Below, piece after piece: positions 1-12,785 of a DNA stretch of 64,000 bases. The stretch's first letter is position 1, and the number at the start of each line of letters is the position of its first letter. A program made the position numbers and the translations under genes. The notes under the pieces are model-generated. The model was not told where the DNA came from. It worked only from the letters and a program-made list of their open reading frames with translations, and did no database searches. Source of the stretch: Amoebophrya sp. A120 (taxonomy: Eukaryota > Protista > Dinoflagellata); assembly GCA_905178155.1 (NCBI GenBank), contig CAJINV010000005.1, positions 7,045,831-7,109,830 of the forward strand, written 5' to 3'.

Positions 1-83
1 ACGATCACCACGACGAAGATGACGATCACCACGACGAAGATGACGATCACCACGACGAAGATTACGATCACCACGACGAAGAT
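1..83 (+). repeat. 21-bp coding tandem repeat (gacgatcaccacgacgaagat), about 4 copies, encoding DDHHDED
   Basis: Units visible at 1-20, 21-41, 42-62 and 63-83. Confidence 0.9.
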
Positions 84-2270
84 TTTTACGAGGACCACGA
101 CCCGAACTTCTCCCCGGATCGTGACCCCATCTTGATCCCGGACGAGGACGATCGCGAATGGGGCGTACCACCACCATATCAAATGCAAAAATGTCTGGGT
201 CTGGAAGATTTCTAGATTTGTCATGCATATAATTTTCCATGACCCATGATGTCTGTGTCTGTGATGCATGCCGGAGCATCACAGACTTTTAGAGCACTTT
301 GTGATCATACCTCTACCGCATGAGAAACGCCCTCTCCGCGTAGCTCAAACTGGAGTCCTCTTGTTGCTGGTCATGCAATAAAAGTTTTTTCAGAATCCAG
401 AGACAGCATTACAATTACTTCCAGACCCAGACATTTTTGCACTTGATACTACTGCGATCAACGATGTGGACTTCTACGACGAGTATCGCGGTCACAAAAT
501 CTCGCACCTCGAGACTGTGGTCGACCTACTTTTCACACAGTGTCACGAGCCGCCAGCAACCAGTCCCAATTCCTGTCCCGATACGAGCATCGTGTTCCTG
601 TTGGGGGATAGCTCTCTCGACAACAAGCACTGGCTGTACCCCGCGAAAAACGAGAAAGGAGAGAAAGACAAAGCCAGCCTGGCCGACGGCTCGTTCACTG
701 CCCCGGCTGTCAACGGCTACGAGAAGGTGTTGGGTGCGAGCGGGCGGATGGTCAAAGACGTCTGCTACTGGCTCAACCGGAAGGCCGCAGAATCCAAATC
801 GTTCGAGCAGAAGGAGGAGGACGCGCTGGTGCAAGAGCACCCGTACCCACAGTTGCTGTTCGTGAACTCCGCCGTCGAAGAGTCGACGCTTTCGAGCCGC
901 GCATCGGGGCTGCTTCCCCAGGACAAGTTTGTTTCGAACCACCTCAAGCCGCATGATATTCTGTTGGTCTCCGTGGGGCATAACGACATGGCGTTTCTCC
1001 ACGTGCAGCAAGCGGCGTGGGTCCTGCAAGAGGGCACGACGGATGAAAAGCTGACCCAGTTGGCGGTCGAAAACTTTTCCCATATTTACAAGGAGGACAC
1101 GGAACGGTACATCAACACTGTTCTCGGGGACTCGACGTGCAAGATGGTGGTGGTATGCATGCTCTACCACCTGGATGAGAATGACGAAGCATTTTCGTGG
1201 TGGGAAATGGGGTTCCAAGCGCTGGGCCTCATTGGCAACCCGGAAAACAAGCGGCGCATGAAGGTGGTGCAGCACGCGCTTTTCGAACACGCCCTGAAGC
1301 AGCTGCAAATCCCGAACGCGGGGAAAGTGGTTCCCCTGGAGCTGTCGCGGGCTCTGGACGGGACGAACTCGCTGATGTACGCAAACCGTGTGGAGCCCAG
1401 TGTCCTGGGGGGCGAAAAATTGGCGGACTTGATTCTGGACACCATCAAAGAAAACTTGCAAACGCCGGAAAACGCCGGAAACGTGCAATCTCCTCAGCTT
1501 CCTACTTACAACAAGGACGAGCCTGAGGCTGAGCGTGAACAAGAAGATGTCTTGTTGCCGGAGCAGGGCGGCCCACAACCCCCTCAGCTCCTCGAGGAGC
1601 CTGAGTTTCCGGTTGAGATGATTCATGACGACGACGAGGCTGAGCCTGACGCCGAAACGGCGCACCCTTCTGACGAAGTAGAGCATTCTACTTCATCCCA
1701 CGACCACACGGCCAGCAACAACAGTATGGCGCTCTCAACTGTTACATTCTCAACTGTTACATGATTTGTCATGCAAAATGGCCTTGACTATCAACGCCAT
1801 CGAGCTGCCTCGCATGACAAATTCCCAGACGGCCAAACAGGCTGAGAATCTGTGCCAAATCTGTCACGCAAGACGCGCAAGGTCCTTCCTTTCACTTTTA
1901 CCATTCTTGCATCACAAATTCATGTAACAGTTGAGAATGTAACAGTTGAGAACGCCATAAACAGCCAAGACGGGGACGATGGACGGCCGCCGGGTGGTCG
2001 TGCGAACGCGTCTGGGGCGGGTAGCGACGTATGCTGTGCAAAAGTATCGTACTCGTACTAATTGCAGACATGCATGACAAATCGCCTTCCTTGGCTACAA
2101 CAGCATTACAAATTTTATCTGTCATGTTAAGGAAGTCTGTAATGCAATTTATACTAGTACGATGCTTTTGCATTTCATACGACGCGGGGGATGACGATAA
2201 GCCAAAACTACCTGGCGCCGGAAACAGCGACAATGGCGGGACAAGCGCAAAAGGCGAGGGCAGGCGCTAG
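1..2270 (+). CDS. SGNH/GDSL-hydrolase-like protein, 5'-truncated by the window edge; 3 introner introns
   Basis: Frame from position 3 (DHHDED repeats) joins ORF 466-1764 after removing 177-448 plus 5 nt. Motifs LLGDSSLDNKHW (block I) and VSVGHND (block III). Continues through exons near 1964-2028 and 2184-2270 to TAG. Confidence 0.7.
177..448. mobile_element. Introner, family A (TIR TATCAAATGCAAAAATGTCTGGGTCTGGAAG)
   Basis: 31-bp TIR; TSD decayed (cacca/ctact); removing element plus 5 nt restores frame. Confidence 0.85.
1725..1959. mobile_element. Introner, family B (TIR TATGGCGTTCTCAACTGTTACATTCTCAACTGTTACATG)
   Basis: TSD aacag/aacag; frame NNS|QDG restored. Confidence 0.92.
2030..2179. 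mobile_element. Introner, family C (TIR TATnnnnTGCAAAAGTATCGTACTCGTA)
   Basis: TSD cgacg/cgacg. Confidence 0.92.
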
Positions 2271-4172
2271 GCTCGCGACCGATGGGCGGTGAAGATGAGT
2301 TGTTGCCTCTGCCTGTTGTTTCCGCAGAGATTTCATTTCTCAATTTGATTGGCTTTCAGAGCCCCCAAAAATTCTACTGTGGTCTACATTAAATACCACC
2401 CTGCATTTCACTTTCATTGTGCCGTTTTTTTTCGAACCGAGTACGTATAGCAAGTAATCCTAAATGGAGCTATATTTTTAAATGACATTGTTCACATGAA
2501 AAACAAGCGCTGCATTCGTCTTTTTGTATTTTTATTTGAGTTCACAATTTTACCGTTTCCAGATGAAGAGAAATTGCGCATGATAAACATCAAGTTTTTT
2601 CGTAGTTCGTCTTCCATGTAAAACATCCATTGCACGGTTTTGGCATCAATTTTTTTTTATTTGATCTAAGTATAGCATAACCAAGCAGTTTGAGGCTTTT
2701 CCGTTTTTATTGTTTTTCTTCCATCATGATCATTTTATTTACGAAAAAGATAAAGCAACCAAGAGTTTTTCACGTATAAGTACAATCACCTGACAGCAAC
2801 TAGATAACCCCAAGAACCCTACTTTTTTTATATTTTTCGCGCTTCCATCACCACCAACACGAAGGCGTATCAGTACGACAACGCTCCGACCCTTCGTTCT
2901 TTCAAACCGGGAACAAGAACTCCGAAGAATAAAGCGTATGTGGATGTGCCCCCCTCCTTCCTGAACATCAATATGTAGTACCTAAAAAAAAAATTCGGAT
3001 CGACGTCCCCAGCAGGTCGCCGTGAAGAAAGAGTGCATGATGACCCCGTAAGCCATAACCTAACCCCAATTATCGTCCCGAATACAAGAACTAAGTGTAA
3101 GTGAGTGCCCCCTTATTTTTGCTTATTTCAGCATATTTGTATTTGATTATTGTTTCCCCGATAAGTGGCCATCAAGATCAAAGTTCGTAGCCCGTTCTGG
3201 TGGTGGCCAATTTCATTTTCACGAAGAAGCGAAGGATCCTGGTGACGCAATCCCGTCACGATGAGGTGGAGACTGTTTTACTGTACAAGAGCCTGGACTA
3301 AGAAAAGTTCTGCTCCCCCCCCAGAACCTGAACCCAACTACATCACACAGGTTGAAAAAACTACGTGTCCACTCAGCTGGATCAGAAAGATTCTGGCACC
3401 GCAGTTGCCTTTGCCTTCTTTCTGTTTGAAATTTACTTGTTATTTCAGCTTGTTGTCCAAGCCAGCTGCCGAGCGACTTTTGAAATTCAAAAATATCCTC
3501 ACCAAATGATCTCTGGGGCAAGTCCTCACTCTGCCATCAAGAAATAAAATCTGATCCAGCACCATCTTTTTACGTGAAATGATCTGTGGCAGAAGGAATC
3601 TGCAATCAAGATCAATGCGTGTCGTGAGATCATGTTGAAAATTATTTGTAATGACGACGACGGCCCAGCTACAAGCTCGAGGTGCAATTACTACATAAAG
3701 AGTTCTTTCACCAGCAGCTGCTCCTATGGATCAATGAATATTGGAAGTAGATCAGAACAAAAGATGCCTGCGAGGATCAAGAAAGCTGGAGGTGTGATCC
3801 GACCACGAGAATTGAAGATGTAATTATTGTAATCGCGTGTGATGGAGACCTCACATTTGAATTTTCCATCCCCCGCCGATCGCGCTTATTTCTTGACTTC
3901 GACAGGACGGCGAACGTGTATTGTGGTTCTACTTCTACAAGAACTACCACCTTGCGAAGACTCTCCTTTGATAGCGACCGCAACAGTGAAGAGCATTTTT
4001 GCAGTAGCTTTCGTATTCGTCTACTTCTGTCCATTTCTATCACTAGTACACATCTCTCTGTAGAAGTACAAGCAGCAGACCAGAAGAAGTTGCAACTTAG
4101 TAGATTTTCGACCGCAGTAGAGAACGCAAAAATTCTAGAACAAGTAGAACACGAACTACTTATACTTAAATC

Positions 4173-6910
4173 ATGTCCTGTGCGGTTACCTCCCTAGTGT
4201 GGATCCCAAAGGGCCGTTCCAAAAAGCGCCCGGAACGATGGGAGGCGACCGACGCCGAGCTGAAAGCGTTAGAGGAGCAGTATGGGATCGAAGGAGATAT
4301 TGAGGTCCCGGAAGGCGCCGGCGCTGATGGAGAAGACGACATTGATATGGATTTGGATTCCACATTGGCCGAGGAAGACGGAGATGAGGAGAGCTCTCCT
4401 GATGAAGAGGAGGCACCAGCAGAGAACAATGGCGATGTTAAAAAAGCAGCTGCTTCGGCGAAAGTAAAGGACGAGAAGAAGACTGGTAATATTAAAACAT
4501 CAAGCAGTAAAAACGACAGCAAGAACGACGAAGATGAAATGATCGATTACTCCTCCGATGAGGACGCAGAAGGGAACCCGAAACGAACCAACCTCCCCAT
4601 GAACGCATTTACCACAAATAACATCACGGATCACGAAGCGGCACTGTCCGACCCACTTTTGACCGCGGAGCAGCAGGAATCCGAATCCGAAGATGAGGAG
4701 GATAACATCATCAAGCCGACGGATAATTGCTTCGTCGCGTGTAGTTGTGAAGACGACGAGTGCACATTGGAGGTTTTCGTCTACGACGAGGAGGAGGGAG
4801 CGATGTACGTGCACCACGACTTGACCCTGAACGCCTACCCCTTGTGCGTCGACACGGTGACCAATTTCAGCAATAAAAATGGCAACTACGGGCTTCAAGA
4901 CCGGGTGTACACCAATTTAGCTGCCGTGGGCCAGTTTGACAACAACATTGACATTTGGGACTTAGACGTCCTAGAGCCCATGGCGCCGGTTTTGACGTTG
5001 GGCGGAAGTGCGACCTCGTCGGGGGTGACAGGGAAAAAGTCGAAGAAGAACAAGAAAACCAGCGCGGACGCCGGAAGCTTGGGAGGTCACACGGGTGCGG
5101 TCATGTGTCTGAATACACACATATCCACAAAAAAAAACCCATCCACATCCATTTTTTGCATGACAAACACAGGATTTTATGTATGTTTTGCATGACAAAT
5201 TGGATGTGGATGGGTGTTTTTTCCTGGATAACACATGACAGAGAGAAATCTGCTTTGCTCCGGCGGGGCAGATAATTGCGTGAAGATTTGGGACTTGGAG
5301 AAGGCTGCCTGCGTGCACACATTCAAGCACCACGAGGACAAGGTAGATTGATATTTTGGAGGATTTAGTTTGTAAACGACACAATCCAATGTGCTGTTGC
5401 GAGCGCGAAATATAAATACTCATACTGGACTCCTGGCCGCTGCTGCGCCAGCGCGCCATTGTAGTACTTACTTCTGCAGGAGTCGATGTAGTACTTCACG
5501 CGTCGCCGGGCAGAGAGTAGCTCGCCATTCTTTTTATTGCAGAATTGCATTCTCGCCTGAGCTTTCTCGCCTGAGTCTGGTCGATATGAGGGCCTTCTCG
5601 GTTTCCCCGAGAGTTTTGTCCTCGTTTTTTCGACCGTTTTAAGCTAGTCAGGCGAGCTTTCTTGCGCATACGTACGTAGATCTCCTGGTGCCTCGGCACT
5701 TAGAGGCTTAGGGTCGGAACGTTCTCAGCACTGCTGAAGCTTAAGAAGAAAAGGGCGTGCACGCCCTGGCCTTCAGTTTGCTCTGCCTTTTATCCTTTTG
5801 AAATCGTTTACTAAAATCCTCCTTTTTTGTGTTGCCTCTTGTTCCCCGGGCCCAACTGGCACCAAGCAGCTTTTTTTCCCCTAGGTTTAGGCTTAGGTAG
5901 GCCGCCACCGCAGCCGGCACGGGATGACTGTCGACGCGTCCGTCTCGCCTTCGATACGCCTTCTCGTGCTGCACAAGTTCGATCCAGAAGGGTTTTGTTT
6001 AGGTTTCAGGGTTTAGGTTATCCACTTTTATTGCAGAATTGCATGAGAAACTGCTCACAATTATTTTCTTCATCTCGTGCAAACACACTTTTATCAGGTC
6101 CAATGCGCGAAGTGGCACCCGACGGAGCAGTCGGTTCTCTTAACCGCGGGCTATGACAAGAAGCTTTGCCTTCTGGATGTGAGAAAATCGGAAAAGCACG
6201 CGGTGAAGATGCAATTGTCCGCGGACGCGGAGCAAGCTTGCTGGAACAACGAAAACGAAAACATCTGCTACGTCACGACAGAAGACGGAAAGGTGTACTG
6301 CTACGACGCGAGAATGATCGTGAAAGACGGGGATAATTGCTCCCCGATGTGGGTGTTGGACGCTTTCCAGAAGGTATAGCAAGTCTTGCATTGCAAATCT
6401 TTTTCTTACGGTAAATCCGCATTACAAATTTTCTTTCTCATGCTGAGGAAATGGAAATTTGTAATGCGATTGCGATACTTTTGCAATTCATAGGACAACT
6501 GCTCCCCCATGTGGGTGTTGGACGCTTTTCAGAAGGTATAGTATAGTGAAAATCATTATATTCGATAAAATTTGTAATGCGAATTTGAAAATGCACGAGC
6601 AAAAAATGAACCTAACAACAACGAACAGGGCGCCTGCTCCGCGCTTGCGCAGCGCAACAACGTGCTCCTTGTCGGCGGAATTGAGGGAACCGCGAAGGTC
6701 TACGATTTACGCGACATTGAGCAGAACGCGGGACACACAACTCATCAAGAAGTTTTCTCGAAACAGATGAACGTGGGGCCGATTTTCGCTTCTGCCGGCC
6801 CCGTGTCGAAGGACAATTCGGATTCGATGTTTCTGTTATCCGGTCACACGGTGGCGCTGTGGGACTTGGCGAGTGAGCAAAAACTCGTGGAAAGGTTCGG
6901 GTTCAAGTGA
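4173..6910 (+). CDS. PWP1: Periodic tryptophan protein 1 (WD40 rRNA biogenesis factor)
   Basis: N-terminal SLVWIPKG, acidic region, LEVFVYDEEEGAMYVHHD, GHTGAVMCL, LCSGGADNCVKIWDL, VQCAKWHP. One introner (5122-5230), a GT-AG intron at 5343-6097, and a GT-AG intron ending at 6628. Confidence 0.92.
5122..5230. mobile_element. Introner, family D (TATCCA..AAAAAACCCATCCACATCCA)
   Basis: TSD acaca/acaca; PWP1 frame NTH|MTERNLL restored. Confidence 0.9.
6331..6541 (+). repeat. 49-bp duplicated PWP1 exon end plus donor (6331-6379 and 6493-6541)
   Basis: Copies differ at 4 positions, all synonymous. Confidence 0.9.
6387..6492. mobile_element. Truncated family C introner (right part only)
   Basis: Ends gcgatacttttgcaattcata; left TIR absent; followed by a duplicated exon copy. 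Confidence 0.7.
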
Positions 6911-7486
6911 GAATGATGTTGAAAGGTCATCTCCTTCACATCATGTTTGTTGATGAGGCGCACAGCGATCATATGGTAGCGAACTACGAACAGTACTCTA
7001 ATATGTACGTTCATTGCAGCAACCACACAATCCAACACAGATGACCTGGCCAAATGAAAAGTAAAGTGGGGCCGAGGTGTGCTATGAAGCGGATGCGTGT
7101 TAGTGTTCCTCACCAGATCTTCGTGCTTCTTCTCTCATGATGTAGTTGGAAAGTACGTAGTTCTCACGAAGTTTGAAGAAGGCGTGGAGAGATTGATTTC
7201 TGCTAAATTGCATCACCTTCTGTCACTGTCGACATCGGTGACATCAGCGAGTGATTGTAGGATTCGCATGTCGTGTATCTTTGCGATCGTGGTGTCGAGA
7301 GGATGAGCTTGTTTCCGCTCGATATTCATTCAAATTCATATGCAACCCTTTGGTGTCGGGTTTTGCCGCAACATTGCTTGATGTTTTGCTTAGCGTCACC
7401 ACCGGTTGATACTTATTGCACACGACAGTCGAAAAGCATTCCTGGTGGAGCCGATACCACACCCACAAGGAAATAGAGCCAAAACT

Positions 7487-10400
7487 ATGGATCGTTATCT
7501 TTCCGGCGGCATGACCACCGCAGTCACGCCTCCAGTCGTTCTGGACGACGCATTATCGTCGAACCAAAAGAACCCTTACACTGGCACTTCCTCCTCTTCG
7601 AGCAGCAGTTCCTCCTCCCGAATACGCAACACAAATTCCACCCCTCGCCCAGCCTCCGCAAAAGCGGCCGACTTCTACTGCGTCGAGTACGAAATCGGGT
7701 CTAATTGCTACGGTGGAAAGGTCTTCGCCGTTTCGGCGAAAGAACAGGATGATGGAAGTAATGCCGTCGTGACCGCCGCGGGTTGTAAGAGGTTTATTCT
7801 GAAGACCGTGCCGTTTACTATTGCCTCTCCGGCAAAAACTGTCCGAGAACAACTACACTTACCAGAGAAAATAAACGAAAAGCCGGTAGACCTGCTTGAA
7901 GAAGCCGGTGGCTCATCCTCCTCCACCAGCCGCAGCACTGCGACGGGGACTACGCCACGAGACGGTGGTCAACATCCTCAGGGGCATTGTGCATCGCAAA
8001 ATATCAAACTGCACGACCCTCATCCGCACCTGGTCACGCTGATAGAGAAGTTTGAGAACAAACTCCAGCGGCAACACGAATACATCTACGAAGACTGTGA
8101 GGGTGGGGAATTATCGGACTTCATCCACAAACTCACGTCAAAGTCCAAAAACAACAACTGCCTGCACGAGCAAACCTGCGCACTGTACGTGCGGCAGTTG
8201 TTACAAGCAGTCGCGGCGTTGAGATCATCATCTTTACCGGGAGAGGAGCAGGGGGAGGGATCTTCTTCACATGAGGACAGCTACAGCACTTCTGTCCACG
8301 GTTTAATCTCCCCATCCACGGTGCTCCTCACCTCGAAACTCCCTGACGCGGTTGTGAAGCTAGCAGATTTGGGGCTCGGACGAAGACTAGTAGTAAAGCC
8401 GGATGATCAACATCTTCATCCACATACTGGTCCCACCTACGCAGCGGAAAGAAACACCACGAGCATCGTCAAAGCAAACTTCACGCACGAGGAATTTACC
8501 TGCCTTTCGCCACAGCAACGAGAATTGATGAGGGTTTACGGAGGCGGCCCCAGTGACCTCGTAAAAGAGATCCCACACCAGCCGGAGGACGACGTCTGGG
8601 GCATCGGCATGGTCGCGTACTTCATGCTGGCCGGGAGGCTACCGGTGAATTATTTTACCGAGATGAACAACGATAATAGCGACAAGCTTGTTGACTTCGA
8701 TAACATGTACATGTTCGGACAAGAACGAGAACCACCAGTCTACGATCCGAGCGCGAGCCGTACAAATAATATCCCGGAAGTAGTAGTAGTAGATTACAGC
8801 AGGTGGCCGAAAGCAGGACCCCGGTTCTACGCAGACGATCCGGTAGAAAATTGGGAGCACAGAACAATGACCAGCAGGGACTTCCTTCGCAAAATGCTCG
8901 AGCCCGATCCGAAGAAGCGACTGACCATCGCGGAAGCTTTGAACCACGAGTGGATTTTTGAGAAGGGACGGGAGTATTTCAACCCGAGTATGGTCGTCGG
9001 TGGTCCGAGCACGAGCGCGGCAGCGGGAGAGAAAAAGAACAAGCAGCTGCAGAATATCAACTTCGCGAAACTCCGCGCGATGTCCTTCGCATCCTATCGC
9101 GATTACGAAGTGGGGTTAGTCACTTGCGGCATCATTCTTGCGCTGAGCAAGATCTCCCCTTCAGTTTTTGACGAAGTGCGGCGGAGCTTTTTGGGGATGT
9201 GTGAGGAAAGTTGGAATGCGCGAAACTACAGTGGCGGCGCCGGGGGAGGGATGAATCGAGCTGCAGCAATTATTGGCAAAAATGGAACCAGCAACACAAA
9301 TTCTACTTCGTGTTCGTCCACAAATAATAATGGCAACTTTCAGGGGTACTTGACCGCAAGGAAGGCTGCGGAGTTGCTGAAAAGCCGGCTGATTCCTGCT
9401 TTCAAACTGGAGCAAGGTACTAGCAGTGCTACGACAGGAGCTTTCAACAGCTTCTACCAGAATAGCAGCGACGGCGAAGGTATCAAATGCAAAAATGTCT
9501 GGGTCTGGAAGATTTCTACATTTGTCATGCTCATTTTCCATGATCCATGATGTCTGTGATGCATGCCGTAGCATCACAGATTTTTCGACGGCTTTCTGAT
9601 ACCTCTACTGCATGAGAAATGCCCTCTCCGCGTAGCACAAACTGAAGTCCTCTACTTGCTGGCCATGCAATACAAATTCTTTTACAATCCAGAGACAGCA
9701 TCACAAGTTTAGAATGTTCCAGACCCAGACATATCTGCATTTGATAGAACGGGGGAGTGAGGCGGTGCAGCGTGGGGAGCAAAGTACTTGCTGTTGCGTT
9801 AAAAGTAATATAAATATATATAATTGATTTGTGTTTTGGCATGACAAATTCGTTATCAGCTGCAACAATGACATGACAAATTTACGCCGATCATATTACC
9901 AAAACAGTTCTCGCCTTCCTGCATTCCCTTTCCTCCACTACCGTCGTCGACAGTACGGAGTTACTTATCACAGGAAAAAGTCTTAACGTTTAAAAGAATT
10001 TGGCATGCAGGAATGCACGAGAAATGATGCCTAGATTTGTATTGCATAGCATGCATGATAGCAAAAATTTGTCATGCACAACTGCAATGCCTCTGCCTCA
10101 AAACCGTTAACGTTAACACTTTTTTGCTTGATGTTACTCGCCGCTTTGGCCATCTGGTGCACGGAAGACATGCGGGCGGAGGAGATATCGTAAGAAAAAA
10201 TCCCCCCTCCCCATATCGAAAAGGCATCCTTTTGAAAATTTGTGATGCTGATTTGTGGTTACAGATCAGGTCTGTCTTGCAAGAGAGCAAAGCCAGAGCT
10301 TCCGCCGCTTTACGCAGGCGGTTTGTCATGCTGCTGCGCCAACAAGGTAGACGTCTGCCATGCTGAGCGCGCACCTCTAGCCAGCCCCTTCCAGGCTTTG

Positions 10401-12030
10401 CATCTGCCTGCAGTCCTCTACTGCAGGACAAAGCTGATTTGTGTACACAAATCCCGCAACAGAGATTGCCATTTTGATATGGGGTGGGGGCTTTTTTCAC
10501 TTTGATAGGAGATCGACTTCAATCTGATCGACGTGCCAGTGTTGTTCGAACGAGTAGCGAAAATCGCCTTTCTGGAATTGAGGAAAAGTGCCAGCAATGC
10601 TGGAAGCAAGCCATTTGCGCTGCCAACCGCGATCTACGCTAGTACCGCAGACGAGGAGCTGGGGATCAGGGTAATTTTTTGTGTTGTCTAAATTTAAGTA
10701 GAATGCGTTTTGTGTTGCAGAATCGGATATACGACCATGGGAGAGCAGTCACCACGAGTACGCAACATTTTTTTCCAACATTAAGCCATGTTGACACTAC
10801 ATGATGTCAGATTCCCATCCGCGCCCTGGTAGACAAGCGTAGCAAGGGAAACGTTGGGCGCCAGTTTTCCCGCTACTGTATGGCGTTCTCAACTGTTATA
10901 CTCTCAACTGTTGCGCGAATTTGTAATGCGAGAATAGCGGAAGTCAAAGAGGGGAGGCTGCAGCTGGAGCATTACAAATTCGACACAGTTGTAGGTGCTG
11001 TTTAGGCCTTCGCAAATTTGCCATGCGAAGCAGCTACATCGTGTGGATCATGATGGTATTTTTGCATGACAAATTCATGTAACAGTTGAGAGTGTAACAG
11101 TTGAGAACGCCATACACTGCCGCTTGAACTTCGATGTCTTCGTCAAGGAATTTCCAAAACGGGAGCTACATTTCAAGGAATTCTGTCATGCGGTTTTGAA
11201 GCACGGGGGAAGCGGGAGAACGGTGTTTGCCTACAAAAATGGAAGGGAGGCGAAGAAATATGACCCGTATAATTTTTGAGAAGTTGCTCTGCTACTAGTA
11301 CTAAGTCGATGACTTTTGAATTTGATCTTGATGTCAGGAGTTTTGCATCAGAAAAGAACTTCCCTCGTGCTTGAAGTAGAACTGCAACGGGCATGGCAAA
11401 TCCGATTTGTCAACATTACATACACGCCGGCAATAAAAACAGGTACGCCACCTACGATCTGGATGGTTCCACTTTGATCTCCTCTGTCCGCCAGTTCTTC
11501 GCCAGGAACGGCCCGAAAGAGATTTTAAACAACGCGCTGAACTTCGACTTTTCCACCAACATTACCAACTGCGCCACAATGACGGTTGCGGCCAAGAATA
11601 AACTGACGCACTTTGTGGAAAACAGTGACTTATGCATTGCAAAAGTATCGTACTAGTTGTATAAATCGCATGACAAATTTTTCCAAGAGCAAAAATGGAA
11701 TTTGTCATGCGGAAAAAGGTAGACCTAGACACAGATATCTGTCATGCATGACTGCAATTAGTACGAGTGCGATGCTTTATTTGCAAAGGATATGACTTTT
11801 TCAATGAAGACGAAGAATTCTCGCCGGTACGGGCTGCGAGAGTGGGCAGTGACGAGTTTGTCGAGGGTGCTGGGGATCGTGTTGCTGCTTCATCTTCTAG
11901 CAGTGCGAGTGCATCCGTGTCTGTAAACCACGAGGACACGATCTACTCGACGGTCGCCGGAGGATCACCGGCGAAGCTGTCGCCGATGCTGTACAGCAAT
12001 TCGGGTCCGGCGGGGGGAAGGTTGTCGTGA
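7487..12030 (+). CDS. CAMK/CDPK-like protein kinase, probably a pseudokinase, with a long C-terminal extension
   Basis: IGSNCYGGKV, FILK, HPHLVTLIEKFE, YEDCEGGELSD, VKLADLGL, DVWGIGMVAYFMLAGRLP, MLEPDPKKRLTIAEALNHEWI. Downstream exons are joined across 5 introners and several conventional introns to a stop at 12030. Some internal junctions are uncertain. Confidence 0.8.
9481..9746. mobile_element. Introner, family A
   Basis: TSD gaagg/gaacg. Confidence 0.9.
9966..10133. mobile_element. Introner, family E (TATCACAGGAAAAAGTnTTAACG; right end ATG)
   Basis: TSD ttact/ttact. Confidence 0.85.
10186..10507. mobile_element. Introner, family F (TAT..AAAAA.CCCCCACCCC)
   Basis: TSD ggaga/ggaga. Confidence 0.88.
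10879..11114. mobile_element. Introner, family B
   Basis: TSD tactg/cactg. Confidence 0.9.
11631..11792. mobile_element. Introner, family C
   Basis: TSD tgact/tgact. Confidence 0.9.
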
Positions 12031-12785
12031 AGCTGACGATGCCATCGGCCAAAGATTTCAACTTCTCCGAGTTTAAGGTCCTCACTACTGCTACGGACTT
12101 ACCACACGAACGATATACTTCGCGCAGCCACTGTGAATTTCAATTTCGCATCAAAACACCACGAGAGAACTCAATGTCAAAGGAAATGAAGAGGCAGAAC
12201 CGACGCAAAAAAAAACGACACTGAAAGTAACTGTTGGGGATATTGGTACAGGTTTCTCCAAGGAACCGTGACGTTCTGTTCAGGTTTTCGTACTGGGATG
12301 ACGCCCTGAAGACCGTTGCAGAAGCAAAACTGAACTGACTTCGTAACTGTACTTGTACGCACAGCTTTTGCTTTCTACATCATCGACAGAAAAAATGTTG
12401 AGAGCGACATGGGAAGAGAGTTTCTGAGAGACAGATGGTTCTTCGCTAGTGCCAGTGCGGGACGAGAGAATTATCTTCTTCCTTCGAGGGGGTGGATGCG
12501 TGGCATCTTCTATTCGTTGACAATGTCATCTACTTGGGAAATAGATTGCACAATATCCGTGAAAAACCTTTCGGCGTGATCTCCTACGACATAAAGCGGC
12601 TCTTACCACTCTGGCACATATAATTTCGGCCGCAAGTACGTCTACGTGTAGATCAGATTTAACCATCAAAAGAATGAAATCGTGAAGGGTAGCTCAAGGT
12701 GGAGAGGAGCTACGTGTTTAATAAATAATATTATCCGACGTGGTAAAACTCAGACTATAGAAGCAACGGAACAAGCTACAAGAAA

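Noticed and set aside
177-448. TA target duplication (Tc1/mariner MITE or ciliate IES-like TA-bounded element)
   Set aside because: Removing the element while leaving one TA breaks the frame here. The TA belongs to the TIR, and other copies show a 5-bp duplication outside it.
526-1686. 386-aa minus-strand ORF (and similar antisense ORFs such as 22844-23629)
   Set aside because: Antisense shadow of a + strand exon with no independent motif support.
5700-6020. Telomere-like TTTAGG/TTAGG words inside the PWP1 intron
   Set aside because: Only a few degenerate, non-tandem copies.
9481-9550. Recurrent peptides in the ORF track ([37 protein letters not shown]) as a protein repeat domain
   Set aside because: They are translations of family A and C TIRs read through from exons.
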